A stretch of 64,000 nucleotides of DNA, taken from the NCBI GenBank assembly GCA_002269645.1, contig NIVC01003295.1:42027-106026 (forward strand). The letters are read 5' to 3'. The notes beneath the pieces were generated by a model that worked only from the letters and a program-made list of their open reading frames with translations, made no database searches and was not told where the DNA came from. Shown here in pieces: positions 50,808 to 64,000 of this stretch. Both the position numbers and the translations under genes were made by a program. Every line of letters starts with the position of its first letter. Position 1 is the stretch's first letter. This DNA comes from Macrostomum lignano (Eukaryota).

Positions 50808-53800
50808 TCACTCTTCTCGACTGTCAGCGGCATCACCAGAGGCTGCCGTGACGACATCCGATGGCCACCAATCAGGTTTGAACACTGTCGCTTCGCAGGC
50901 TACACCGCGGTTCAATTTGCATAGCAACCGTTGCTGGGGGCCGCCTTGGATTCGACCGAGGCGAACTAGTGCAAGCCCGCGACCTTGATGAGCTGATCGT
51001 ACCTGGGTAGGTGGGAGACAGGGCTTTTCAGATTTAGTCTATTCCCTACTGTCTAATCCAGTTTATTTCTTCTGTCTGTCCACCGCAGTATATTCCCTAC
51101 TGTCTACACAGTCTACCCCCACAGTCTACCAAGTTTACCCAAACAGTCCAACAAGTCTACCAAGTCTACCCTCACCTGTCTACCAAGTCTACCCTCATAT
51201 GTCTACCAAGTCTACCCTCACATGTCTACCGAGTCTACCCTCACATGTTGACCCTAACATGTCTACCAACACTTGTCTACCAAGTCTACCCTCACCTGTC
51301 TACCATATCTACCCTCACCTGTCTACCAAATCTACCCTCACCTGTCTACCAAGTCTACCCTCACATGTCTACCGAGTCTACCCTCACCTATCTACCAAGT
51401 CTACCCTCACCTGTCTACCAAGTCTACCCTCACCTATCTACCAAGTCTACTCTCACCTGTCTACCAAGTCTACCCTCACCTATCTACCAAGTCTACTCTC
51501 ACCTGTCTACCAAGTCTACCCTCACCTATCTACCAAGTCTACCCTCACCTGTCTACCAAGTCTACCCTCACCTATCTACCAAGTCTACCCTCACCTATCT
51601 ACCAAGTCTACCCTCACCTATCTACAAATTCTACCCTACTGTTTATCGAGTCTACACTACAGTCTACCAAGTCTACTCTCACTGTCTACCAAGTCTACTC
51701 TCACCGTCTACCAAGTCTACTCTCACCGTCTACCAAGTCTACCCTACAGCCTACCAAGTCTACCCTTACCTGTCCAACAGTCTCGCCATTCCTGGCGTCA
51801 ATCAAAGTGGCCCCGGCCAGCGCAGCGCAGTCAGCGCCAGAGTCGGTGAACATCACCGGGGCCAGGCGCTTTCGCACAACACCGGTGTGATGAGTCCGGG
51901 CAGTGAGCTCCTGGCCCAGGTAGCAGCCTTTGTTGAAGCTGACTCCGTTGAGCAGGGCTGCGTTGCACTCGAGTGGCAGGGCCCGGCCGGGCGGATGGTC
52001 GACGGGGCCCTCGCCTATGCCCAGGCGGTATCTAAGCGTGGGTAAAGGAGATTATCCAAGCGTAAATTAAACGATTATTTGTCCTGGTTTAGACTAGATT
52101 CTAGATCCCAGATCCTAGATTTCAGATTCTTAGATCCCAGATCCTAGATTTCAGATTCTTAGATCCCAGATCCTAGATTTCAGATTCTTAGATCCCAGAT
52201 CCTAGATTTCAGATTCTTAGATCCCAGATCCTAGATTTCAGATTCTTAGATCCCAGATCCTCGATCCCAAATCCTCGATCTCATTTCCTCGATCCACGAT
52301 CCCAGATATCAGATCCTAGATCCCAGATCCCTGACCCCAGATCCCAGATCCCAGATCCCAGATTCTAGATCCCAGATCCCAGATCCCAGATCCTAGATCC
52401 TAGATCCCAGATCCTAGATCCCAGATCCTAGATCCCAGATCCTAGATCCCAGATCCCAGATCCTAGATCCCAGATCCCAGATCCTAGATCCCAGATCCTA
52501 GATCCCAGATCCTAGATCCCAGATCCTAGATCCCAGATCCTAGATCCCAGATCCTAGATCCCAGATCCTAGATCCTAGATCCCAGATCCTAGATCCCAGA
52601 TCCTAGATCCCAGATCCTAGATCCTAGATCCCAGATCCTAGATCCCAGATCCTAGATCCCAGATCCTAGATCCTAGATCCCAGATCCTATATCCCAGATC
52701 CTAGATCCCAGATCCTAGATCCTAGATCCCAGATCCTAGATCCTAGATCCTAGATCCCAGATCCTAGATCCTAGATCCTAGATCCCAGATCCTAGATCCT
52801 ATTCACTACTGTCTGACCAGATCTAGATTCCAGATCTTAGATAACAGAGGTACAGTTTACAATAGATTAAAACAAACAACAATCACCGAGTCATCCTGTA
52901 GGTCCCAGTCTTAGCTGACTGCAGGCCGTCAAGAGCGGTCGCGCTCTGATCTCGCCGAATGAGCCAACGATGCGCCCAGCCTACTGGCAGCCGAGGATCT
53001 CGGACCAGACACTCGGAGCCAGGCCGGCTGGAGAGACTGTGCAGCAGCTGGGATTCGGCCTCTGATGAGGACTCTGCGCTGTCTGCCAGTTTGCAGGATG
53101 CAGATTGTTTTATTGTTTTATTGCCTGAATCTGAATGAGCAATCAGCTGACCTAAGCCATCTCTACACCAATCAGATGTAATCATCTCAATCAAGTAGAT
53201 CTAACCATCGCAACCAATCAGATCTAACCATCGCAACCAATCAGATCTAGCTATCGCAACCAATCAGATCTAACCATCGCAACCAATCAGATCTAGCTAT
53301 CGCAACCAATCATATCTAACCATCGCAACCAATCAGATCTAACCATCGCAACCATTCAGATCTAACCATCGCAACCAATCAGATCTAGCTATCGCAACCA
53401 ATCATATCTAACCATCGCAACCAATCAGATCTAACCATCGCAACCAATCAGATCTAGCTATCGCAACCAATCATATCTAACCATCTTAACCAATCAGATC
53501 TTATCATCAGACCCTCCCCTGTGAAATCCAAAAGCTGACCATCGAGTCCAGCAGGCAGCAGTGCGGCCACGAGCAGCTTATCGCTAACATCGGCAATTTC
53601 AACTTTCTTTCTCAGCCGATATCGTCTCAGATGCTTGGCTAAATCGGCCAAATCGCTGGACTCAGATTCGATTAAGTAAACTCGATGTTCCGGATTATCT
53701 GAGTCTGAGCGAACGTAGACAATGGTGTCGAATAATACTCGGCCCTGCAGTGGCAATAAGCGCTTAGTGTATTGCAAGTAGCCTATAAAGCATATCAAAC

Positions 53801-54138
53801 TTTTTAATAACACTCACCTGAGCATTGAGCAGCATTGAGAACACTGCGCCACGTTGACACTTATCTAAGCAGCTTAGATCATTGGTAATGAGGCCTTGTA
53901 AATAGGATTTAGCATCTAATCCATTCACTTGAAGTAGAGAACGTTCATTTAGCAGTTCATATTGCAGTGGAGATTGCTGATCTTTAGCTTGATAGCACAG
54001 AAATCTTCTTTGACACTGAAGCATTTGTATAATGCAGGCATTGGCTGCAGCACGTTTGCTTTGTGAAATTTTGCACAATCCCAGTTGAGAGTGCAAACTC
54101 TTTGAAAAGAGTCTTAGAGCATTAGATAGCATTGGCAT
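50808..54138 (-). CDS. IBA57: Mitochondrial Fe-S cluster assembly factor IBA57 (CAF17/YgfZ family); exons 54138-53818, 53744-53513, 53082-52887, 52031-51770, 51002-50808
   Basis: [25 protein letters not shown]|[22 protein letters not shown], the signature [28 protein letters not shown], and GLALVRL...PDWWP. Phases are consistent; the N-terminus resembles a mitochondrial presequence. Confidence 0.95.
51125..51765. repeat. 23-bp minisatellite in IBA57 intron 4 (CTACCAAGTCTACCCTCACCTGT)
   Basis: Direct observation. Confidence 0.93.
52095..52800. repeat. 7-bp repeat AGATCC(C/T) with a 29-bp derivative at the left end, IBA57 intron 3
   Basis: Direct observation. Confidence 0.95.
53165..53500. 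repeat. 23-bp minisatellite in IBA57 intron 2 (AGATCTAACCATCGCAACCAATC)
   Basis: About 13 units. Confidence 0.93.
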
Positions 54139-57100
54139 GTTGTTGTAGCTTATTTCAATGTCTGAAATGTTTGTAGATAAAGGAAATATGATGATATTAT
54201 TAAACATGCAGATGTCAAATTATATTGTAAATGTTTGAAATACTATAGTTTAGTATCTAACCAAGGTATTTTAAAATATATTGATTAATTTGTAATAGCC
54301 AAAGTTTATAATGTCTCTCATAATAAGAAGTATTTACTTATAAGTTTACTTATTGAAACCCTATATATTAGTATATATTGAAATATATTCACAACTAATG
54401 GCTAACTCAATTAGTATTAACTGTGATAGAACAAAACTAAATAGCAAATGACAATTTTTTAAATGTTTTTATCATTTCATAAAATTTTGTGAACAATCAA
54501 ATATGTCTACTTTGTTTTTGGTTAAACTGAAAACTTTGGAGATTGCATATATATATACTTTTTTTATGATTAAATTTAAGCAATTTTGATTTAGAAACTC
54601 AAGATTTTAATCTATGATTTTGAATATTTAGTTGATTTAGACTCTTATTGACTAATATTCTTATTGTCTAAAAATTTGCTACTAATTAATAATACCTAGT
54701 TGATATTGCTAATGGCAACTATATAACCTCCTTATTAGATGTCATTTTTAGCTCAACTAGAAAAATATTTGCTACTTAAGTAGGGTGTCCAGCGAGCCTA
54801 TTTTTAGCATGTGCAAAACCTAAAAACGGTAAAAAGTGGTCTTCTTTAAACGAATGTAACTTTTTAAATATTTTAAGATATGACAACGTTCTTATATTCA
54901 TTGAAAAGAAGGCAAACAGATCTTTCAAACGACATATAGTTTACATGTTTAGGACATACGATTACAAAGATACAGCCTGTCAAACATCGTGTACATTTTC
55001 GTACATTTTCAAAACTGTGCCGAATTTGCTTGAAAATATGGGATCGGGAGGATTCGTTTTTTAGTAAATGAGTGCATAACTGCTAAGAATGCTTGCACAC
55101 TGAGTGTAGGTAACTTCCTGGAGGTCATTTTAAATGAACTTTTTTTGTTCAAAAATATGTACATGTAAAATTTAAAATGGCCATAACTTTTGAATGGAAA
55201 GAGCGGCCACCCTAATTCTTTTTGCTACTTACTTCTAGGGACAAAATGAAACTTTTAGGCTAGACAGGATGAGTGTAACTCTTGCCACAGTATGCCTAAT
55301 GGAAATCGCCAAAATACATGCAAATCCCCATAGGGGACATAAAAATCGGGAAATTTTTGAAGCTCGAAAGAATGGCCAGTTAGTTTCTTCGATAAAATGA
55401 TAGCAAAACAGGCCAAACTCTTTGTCCCAAAGGCACATCCTGATAGCTTTTGCCGCACCAAAGTTATTAAGCATAATTGGCACAGGTGTACATGCAAAAT
55501 ACACTACAGAGATAGGAAAAATGTACATTGAGGGGTTGTACATTCGAAAAGAAGTCATATATGCAATTTTTTTTAAAAATGATAGCAGGACTTTGGATAT
55601 ACTTTATCTTTTATGCATTTCTTACTAATCCATTCTTTACTTGCAGATCTTGCAGATGCCAGACATGCTGCACCTACATGTATACAGTATCTGCTATGAG
55701 CGCTTGACAAGCTCATGGTGACAGCTTTCTACACAGTCGCCTCTGATCATTCCAGCTGGGCCCGAAGATCGCGCTTCGAAGCTTCTTGAAGGCCTGCATC
55801 GGCGCCCCTCTTCTCTAAAGGGGACGAGGCAACAGCAGCAGCAGAGAAATGTTGACAAACTGGCATGCTGGAAGTCGACTCTGGCGCAGTTGCAGCTGGG
55901 ACCACTGCAGGAAAGACAAGTGCCTGGTCCATGTAGATGGCCCAGGGACTCTGCTTGCCAGCAGCTTTCTCGCGCACCTTCGACCTCAACAGGTCCCGCA
56001 TTCTTTCCTTCACTTTCGTTACTGCCTGCCACAGCCACAGGTTTTAAAGTTATAAAGTACGTCTGGTTCAGTGTATACAGACAGACTGATACATTCTGCC
56101 AAGCTAATTAATACAGTATTAAAGCACTAAAATGGAAAAGCTGAGTAAGAGCTGAGCTGATTAAAAGGGTTCTCAGTCTCCCCCAGTCAATTCAGCTTCT
56201 GGCAGACAAACTGACTGGGAATGAAAACGGGAGCAGACGAATCGACTGTCATACTCTCATCATGTACATGTACATATACAATGTAATCACGCTGTGTAGT
56301 GTACTGCCCCCAAGATTGTTAGATTAGCTACGAGCGAGTCACCAATGCGACACTTATCGCCGAACTGGTGTCCGTCTTAGCAAACTGTTGCGCAGTTGGC
56401 GACTCCAGTCTCCAGCTGCCAGGCCATGTCAACCAAGCCGATTCGTATTGCCCGCAGCTGGTGCTGATGCTGCTGACGCTGTAGGCACCTTAATACTGGA
56501 GAGGAAAGGCACGCACTCGCATTTTATTGACTGCCTGCCAGCTGATGCAGCTGACACCCTTGACACTGCCGATGATGCGACCTATACATTCGTGTCAAAG
56601 CCCTGAAACCCACCCTGTAACATTGTCTCGATCATGCCTGACTGGCTTGACTGTAGTAGCTACAGTTGTAGTAATGTAGTAGACTCATAGTACAATGAGA
56701 AGACCAGCACAGCAGACGAAATGCTCATTCAGATATTTGCTGACGAGCTGACTGCAGATGAATTGGTAGCAGACAAATTGACTGGATTACAACGGAAAGC
56801 TATTGTGCTGAAAAGTGGACACAGTGAACAAGTAAATGAATCAAGTAATGCAGGTAAACTGTAAAGGTAGATTCAATTGCTGCATTCGGGCATGGCCTTT
56901 TCAAACATGAAAGTACATGATTTAGTAACATATTACTTAGTAAAGCATTGATTCATTACAATTGTCAGATGGACTACAAAAAGTTTTTAATGACTTCAGC
57001 ATGAAGATAGAAGATTAGAATTGTCAGGAGCTACATCGATTTTTAGACAACCAGAGTGGTACTTTAGAAGACTCATTTTCATGGAAATAATGGTCAACTT

Positions 57101-59448
57101 TTTGCATACTACTTACAGTAGAAAGTCAAAAATCTTACTATTATAGTATATACAAGTATTACTTTAACAGGAAAGTAATACAAATTAAGTTTAATAGAAA
57201 GAATACCATGATAAAGCCAAAAAGTGGTACTCTAGAAAAAAAAATTTCTTCCCCTTTTCTGTCTTAATCCCTAGATATCTGCTTATATAGAACAGTATAT
57301 ATGTACAAAAATATTAGAAAATGTTAGAAATAACACCTAAAACACTAAAATCAGTTATGAAGTAAAAAAGTTACAGACATTTTACTGCAAAAAACATGCT
57401 TTTTTGCCCAAAAATGGCACAGTTTTTAATGTATTTGAGATAGGAAAAAACACAATTTTTTGAAACCAAAAACTTTATAACTTTTTTATTACTTGATCAA
57501 TTTTCAAAACTTTGGTGTCATTTTACTCATAACATCCAGGGCTACAACATGGCATAGTTAAAAATTTGAGTTTCAAAAAAAATTTTCTTACTGGACCCCC
57601 TAACAGTCTTAAGCTATAGTATAAAGACAAATTAATTAGATTGCATATATAGCAAACTTTATTTTTATTTTTCAAAATACATCCATATACTAATAATTAA
57701 TAATTATATCATAGCTTGTTATATTAAAAAAATTTTGTTATTTGTAAAATGCATTTACCTTATTTAGACAAAATTGAAACCCTATTTATTTGTTTAATTT
57801 TACTTTTCTAACACTGTTTACTATAAAATACAAGAATACAATATAGCTAGCTAGGATTTTGGAATATTAGTTTAATAAAGGGCCTATTGCAAAAAATGAA
57901 ATGAGTTTTAGAAAAACAAAATATTAGAGTTGGCTTACGCAAAACAGCCAGCTAACTAACTAGGAAAGTCTTTATTTATTTTATACAATTAGGCCTAGTT
58001 CATAGAATAAGGTTAAAATTTCAAATTTTCAAAAGTAGAATTTTTTTTAAAGTTTAGAGTTTTCAATTACCTATAAATGGGGGTAGGCCTATGGCTTTAT
58101 CCTTGCTTGAACCACTTCTCTGATCTCTCCAGTCTCCATAAGGCATATAGGCCCTAATTGATAGGTATGTCTATGATAAGTATTAGACATAGACTATAAA
58201 TACAAAATATAAGAAAAATTAAGCTATTTTTGTTTTACTTGCAGTGCAGTCCTCCACTGATTTAATTATTAGCAGATTTTTGTAGCTCAATTCACTCAAG
58301 TAAAAAAGTGAAATTTTGGCTAATGTTTTGCCTCTTTCCATCTTTGCTGCGACTGCAAATTAGTGACAAAAATTTAAGTATAATCGAATTCCAGCAATCA
58401 ACATTCAACACGTTTTCAGCCCTCATGCACAAGGCATGAAATCATGGACAGGATAACCTAAACCTCAACAAAAACCTCAACAAATTTTGCATTTCTACTG
58501 ATCTGATAGGTTTCTTGTAATGATCGTACGCGCCAAAATCATATGTATTTAAACAAAAAGTATATATATTAATCCTGTTGCATCGAGGTATATTTTACTT
58601 ATTAAAATGCGTAAGTTGAAGAGTTGTATAGTTTTTATATTGCCAGCTATAAAGTTGTTAAAGCCTTCTAACAGTATACTGAGTCTTTAGCGACTTTTTA
58701 GAATTTATCATACACTTAGCTTCTGCAATTTTGGCCACATTCTTTTCAATCACACTTAACATCAGCTTGCCAAGGGTTGCATTCTGCAAAGCATTTGTTG
58801 ACGTCATTTTCGGTGTTGAATTTATTAACCAGATTAGATCATTTTTTCTTAAAACAACACTAAGCAATTAAATTTGTCTTACTCTTCTTTCTGTTCACTA
58901 AATGAACAAAAAGATTTGTATAGTCACGTAGCAACTATGAGAAATTAATTATTTTATTTGATCAAATCGAATTCACTATCTAATATCAGACTACTATTGT
59001 ATAATAGAAAATAATTAGTGGTGCTTATCCATGATTTTTTAAAGCTGTACAAGTAATGTAACCAATGTCAAATGTAAACTTACAGCTACAGATTTAGTTT
59101 GAATCTCTTTCAGTGGTTGTCCTTTTTATATAAGGCTTTATTCAGGTGATATGGCATATGTTAAAATTTTTGGTAATCTTTTAAAATATAGTAAATGCAC
59201 AATTACAGACAATCAATGAAAGTCTTAACAAAAGTTTGTAATTGTATTATATAGGTTTGATATAATATGACTATTATTGGTTTATTAATTGCGTTGTACC
59301 TTTTCAAATTCATGCTATCAAGATGCACCCCTAAAAGGAAAAAAATAATTGAGGCTTAACTCGGCTCATCTGTTGAGCCATTGATTAACAGCTGATCTCA
59401 CAATTTATAGCTTCATAAGCCTCTCGCCAGTTTGAAACTTACCTTGAG

Positions 59449-62400
59449 ATGTCCACAGAGGAATTCTTAGGCGAAACAGACCCCAACTGCTACAGTTTCA
59501 CCATCAGCGATGCCAGCAGTTCGCTTTCAACTCACGAACTGCGAGCCGCTACCGCAGTTGGCGCTTCTCTGTTCAACCTGAACGAAGCTCAAAACTCTCT
59601 CATGCTAACCGAGAGTCAAGGCGAAAGACAACAGCAACAGGAGCAGCAACAACAGCATCCACAGCATCTGCAGGATGCCATGAGCAAAATAGAGCACGGT
59701 TTGAGAATCATCTCGACCATGATGAACGTCCCAGCAACTGGCCTGCCATTCGTGAGTCGCTATGGCCTGGCAGAGGGCGGCGGGCCCTTCCTACCGAACG
59801 AGCTGCTCCATTTTCGAATCCGGGAGACTCAAAACCAGGCCGGAAGCAGTTTGTCCAAGCACCGGATGCAGCAGCTTCGTAGGGGCATTCAGCGGATGCT
59901 GAACCTCGACCTGAGCTACGAGGTCACCTTCAGCCACGGCATTTACACGTGGACAGTCAGCAGGAAGTGGAGTCACTGGCGCCGGCTGTACCCCCTGCTG
60001 CTGGCCTCGGGGCTGCTGCCGCACATGGGCACCACAGGGGCTAGCGGCACTTCCGGTCCGGTTAAGACGAAGCGCGAACAGGCGCAGGTGAGGGATGACT
60101 CTGATTGATTACCGTATCTTATCTTTCTGTTCACTCTGATAACTATCTGATGACTCTAAACAAATCTTATCAATCACTCTCAGGTCATTCTGTGGTCTCG
60201 GATTTTAGTTGGGGGTTGTAGCCTAGTGGTCAGAGCGTCGGACTCACGACTTGAAGGTCTGGGGTTCGATTCTCGACCCACTATAAACAATTTGTGTCCC
60301 TAAGCAAGACGCTTAACTCTGCATTGCTTCAGATTACCACAGCTGTAAAATGGGTGCCAGCATTAGCTGGAGTGATTGAGGGTGTGTGGCGACCCCCCAG
60401 TCCTTGGACTGAACAGCCGTATGCAGCCTTAAGATGCGCCGCGCAATAGCTGCGGCTGAGCTGTCGGTTGCAAATCTGCTAATTGGGACAGGTGTATTAA
60501 AATAACGCTCGTACTATATCTGGTCACTCTCACGACCACTCACTCTATGATGCAGCAACAATCTAGTCGCTGTCGGCTCACTCCCAATCATCTCGCAATC
60601 CAGACAATCGGCGGCAACTCTGTTGCCCCCATCGACGGCGCGTCTATGGAAGCTCCAACGCCGCGCCGTCCAGCCTCGGCCGCATCGGTGACGTCTTCGG
60701 TTGCCATGGAAACAGACGAGCATAAGCGAGTAAAATTTGAAGAACAGTTAACAAAAATTCTGGACAGATTGGACAATCTGCAAAGGAATCAGCATCTGTT
60801 GAAGTTTCTCAGCGTCTCCGGCTGTCATTCGTTCGCGAGATTGGCGGCAAAGGCGGCGAGGCCGAGGTTCGCGTCTACATCCAGCGGTACGCGTCTTCCT
60901 CGGCGCTGAAGCGGTGCCAGGCCTGCCACGGAAGTCTGCTGCGACGGAAACGCACAATGTTAGTGCTCGTACAGGCACTTGTTGGTCACTGGTCACTCTT
61001 GTTGATCGCTAATTGGTCACTCTAATTGATCACTAGTTGGTCACTCTAATTGATCATTAGTTGGTCACTCTAATTGATCATTAGTTGGTCACTCTAATTG
61101 ATCACTAGTTGGTCACTCTAATTGATCATTAGTTGGTCACTCTAATTGATCATTAGTTGGTCACTCTAATTGATCACTGTTTGTTCACTCTAGTTGATCA
61201 CTAGTTGGTCACTCTAATTGATCATTAGTTGGTCACTCTAATTGATCACTGTTTGTTCACTCTAGTTGATCACTAGTTGGTCACTCTAATTGATCACTAG
61301 TTGGTCACTCTAATTGATCATTAGTTGGTCACTCTCATTGATCACTAGTTGGTCACTCTAATTGATCACTGTTTGTTCACTCTAGTTGATCACTAGTTGG
61401 TCACTCTAATTGATCACTAGTTGGTCACTCTAATTGATCATTAGTTGGTCACTCTCATTGATCATTAGTTGGTCACTCTAATTGATCACTGTTTGTTCAC
61501 TCTAGTTGATCACTAGTTGGTCACTCTAATCGATCATTAGTTGGTCACTCTTATTGATCACTGTTTGGTCACTCTTATAGACTTTCTGGTCGCTCAAAAT
61601 TTTATCGAAGATAAAAGCATACTATATTTAACACTCCAGGTGGATGGTGATCAAGGACATGAGCATTATATTTCTAAAGGACAACATTTCTGAAGTGTTG
61701 GAAGTGTTTCTACTCGATGCCAACTTCATTGTGATTAACGGGCTGGACCCGTCCATGAGGAACTACCTGTCTGGCTTTGTGCTGAAAAACTCCAGCATGT
61801 GAGTTTCGTTTTACATGCATTTGAGTCCGTCTGCCTCCCTCTAGCGACCCTCTACCGCCCTCTACCTCTCTCTGATATCAAGATCTATCACATATAAACA
61901 CAATCTACTGTATTTATCACGAAGCTACCGCAACTCTACCAACAATCTACTGGCCCTCTATCAACAATCTACCGCGACTCTACGAACAATCTACCGCAAC
62001 TCGACCAACAATCTACCACAACTCTACCAACAATCTACCGACCCTCTACCAGCAATCTACCACAACTCTACCAACAATCTACCGACCCTCTACCAACAAT
62101 CTACCACAACTCTACCAACAATCTACCACAACTCTACCAACAATCTACCACAACTCTACCAACAATCTACCACAACTCGACCAACAATCTACCGCAACTC
62201 TACCCAACAATCTACCGCAACTCTATCAATAATCTACCGCAACTCTATCAACAATCTACCGCAACTCTATCAACAATCTACCGCCCTCTAACTCACTCTG
62301 ATATCAAGATATATCACATATACAACCAATCTATTGTATTTATCACCAATCTACCACAACTCTACCAACAATCTGCTGCAACTCTATCAACAATCTACCG

Positions 62401-63267
62401 GCCCTCTACATCCAATCTACCGCTCTGGGCCACTAATCTCCCTATCTACCAAAAATTTACTGGCCCTCAACCAACAACCTACCGGCCCTCTACTAAAAAT
62501 CTACCGGCCCTCTATACCAACAATCTACCACCACTCTGTACGACTAGTCTCCATTATGTACCAAAAATCTACCGCCACCTCTACCATGACACCTCCGCCA
62601 GGCTGATAATAGTCGAGTGCGACTACGGCGACTACCCCATGCTGTCCGCCGAGATGGACCGCATCAAAAGCATCCCCGCCAGTTGACCGCCGCAGCCGCC
62701 GCCGCCGCCGCTGTCAACTCGTCGCCGCCGCCGTCGACCGTCCCAGAGTTCGGCAGTTTCGCTCGAACCCGGATCAACTGCCCAGCCAAGTGGTACGTCG
62801 ACGGAGCCACTTATTTTGCTGACGTGTTCGACGCTCTTGAACAGGCAACCGAAGAGATTTTCATCTGCGACTGGTGGCTCACGCCCGAGCTGCATTTGAA
62901 ACGGCCGGACGACGGCTACCACCAGCTCATGAATGTCCTGCAGCGCCGGGCGGATGCTGGCGTCAAAATCTGCATCCTAATCTACAAGGAGGTGAAGTAC
63001 ACCCTGAAGATTGACAGCTGGTACACCAAACTGGTGCTGAGAGAACGAAATAAACGAAATATATTTGTCTTGCGACACCCGGACCACCTGTCCACCTGGG
63101 AGTTCTTGTGGGGCCATCACGAGAAGCTGGTTGTGGTGGACCAGAAGCTCGCCTTCGTTGGCGGCCTCGACCTCTGCTGGGGCCGCTGGGACACCCAGCA
63201 GCATCGGATTGCGGATAACGGCGATGACAACTGGCGCAAATATCCGCCTCTGATCCCTGTGCTCACC
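59449..63267 (+). CDS. PLD: Phospholipase D (PLD1/2 type: PX, PH, first HKD), 5' part, continuing beyond the window; exons 59449-60087, ~60556-60958, 61640-61798, 62602-63267; two apparent 1-nt frameshifts
   Basis: PX-like YEVTFSHGIYTWTVSRKWSHW; SFVREIGGKG; PH-like WMVIKD; KWYVDGATYF, EEIFICDWWLTPELHLKRP; HKD motif HHEKLVVVDQKLAFVGGLDLCWGRWD. Confidence 0.93.
60211..60495 (+). mobile_element. tRNA-derived SINE with a CORE-like central domain in PLD intron 1
   Basis: A-box TAGCCTAGTGG (~60219) and B-box GGTTCGATTCT (~60263), followed by GTGTCCCTAAGCAAGACGCTTAACTC...CAGCTGTAAAATGGG. T and acceptor stems pair poorly, so this is not a functional tRNA. The 3' boundary is uncertain. Confidence 0.75.
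61005..61578. repeat. 24-bp minisatellite in PLD intron 2 (AGTTGGTCACTCTAATTGATCATT)
   Basis: About 23 units. Confidence 0.95.
61920..62580. repeat. 22-bp minisatellite in PLD intron 3 (CAACAATCTACCACAACTCTAC), degenerate at the ends
   Basis: Direct observation. Confidence 0.9.
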
Positions 63268-63342
63268 GTGAGTTCGAGTTTTATATGCAGCTGCTGGGTA
63301 TTTACTGTGTGCTCGATTGCTTCAGTTTACGCTTTGAGTCAT

Positions 63343-64000
63343 CCTCCCAGATCCTCAGTTGCTGGGCCAGCCTCCCAGATCCTCAGTTGCTGGGCCAGCC
63401 TCCCAGATTCTCAGTTGCTGGGCAGGCTCCCAGATCCTCAGTTGCTGGGCCAGCCTCCCAGATCCTCAGTTGCTGGCCAGCCTCCAGATCCTCAGTTGCT
63501 GGGCCACCTCCCCGATCCTCAGTTGCTAGGCCAGCCTCCAGATCCTCAGTTGCTGGGCCAGCCTCCCCGATCCTCAGTTGCTGGGCCAGCCTCCCAGATC
63601 CTCAGTTGCTGGGCCAGCCCTCCCAGATCCTCAGTTGCAAGGCCAGCCTCCCAGATCCTCAGTTGCTGGCCAGCCTCCCAGATCCTCAGTTGCTGGGCCA
63701 GCCCTCTGAGAGTGTCAGTTGCTAGGCCAGCCTCCCAGATCCTCAGTTGCTGGACCAGCCTCCCAGATCCTCATTGTAGGCCAGCCTCCAGATCCTCAGT
63801 TGCAGGCCAGCCTCCAATATCCTCAGTTGCTGGCCACCTCCCAGATCCTCAGTTGCTAGGCCAGCCTCCCAGATCCTCAGTTGCTGCCAGCCTCCCAGAT
63901 TCTCAGTTGCTGGCCAGCCTCCCAGATCCTCAGTTGCTGGGCCAGCCTCCCAGATTCTAGTTGCTGGCCAGCCTCCCAGATCCTCAGTTGCTAGGCCAGC
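63343..64000. repeat. ~28-bp minisatellite in PLD intron 4 (CCAGATCCTCAGTTGCTGGGCCAGCCTC)
   Basis: Runs to the end of the window. Confidence 0.95.

Noticed and set aside
60211-60285. Functional tRNA gene
   Set aside because: Acceptor and T stems pair poorly and the sequence continues into a SINE-like body.
62617-63960. 447-aa ORF as a complete PLD with a novel repetitive tail
   Set aside because: The exon ends at ACC|GTGAGT (63267); the remainder is intronic minisatellite.

Overview
Eukaryotic (animal) genomic DNA with GC-rich spliced genes, short GT-AG introns and a very high load of intronic minisatellites. The overall style suggests a free-living flatworm such as Macrostomum; that is an inference, not a search result. 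Gene models reconstructed by hand from splice sites and frame phase: 3' end of a Pro/His/Gln-rich gene (+); an intronless secreted two-domain protein of unknown family (-) head-to-head with a secreted DNase I (+, 3 exons); a fatty-acid-binding protein (-, 4 exons); an orphan beta-1,3-glycosyltransferase exon; pterin-4a-carbinolamine dehydratase (-, 3 exons, one GC-AG intron); a small single-pass membrane ORF; a divergent Slo/BK potassium channel (+, about 17 exons); an interferon regulatory factor (-, 2 exons); IBA57 (-, 5 exons); and the 5' part of phospholipase D (+, two apparent 1-nt frameshifts). Mobile DNA includes a decayed Loa-like LINE with RNase H, an RTE-like RT fragment, a Tc1-like transposase fragment, a tRNA-derived SINE with a CORE-like domain and possible Helitron termini. 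Most long ORFs in the supplied track are read-throughs of tandem repeats. The strongest novelty candidates are the secreted duplicated-domain protein with a furin-type site, the Slo channel lacking the key S4 arginine, and the short IRF with an altered recognition helix.
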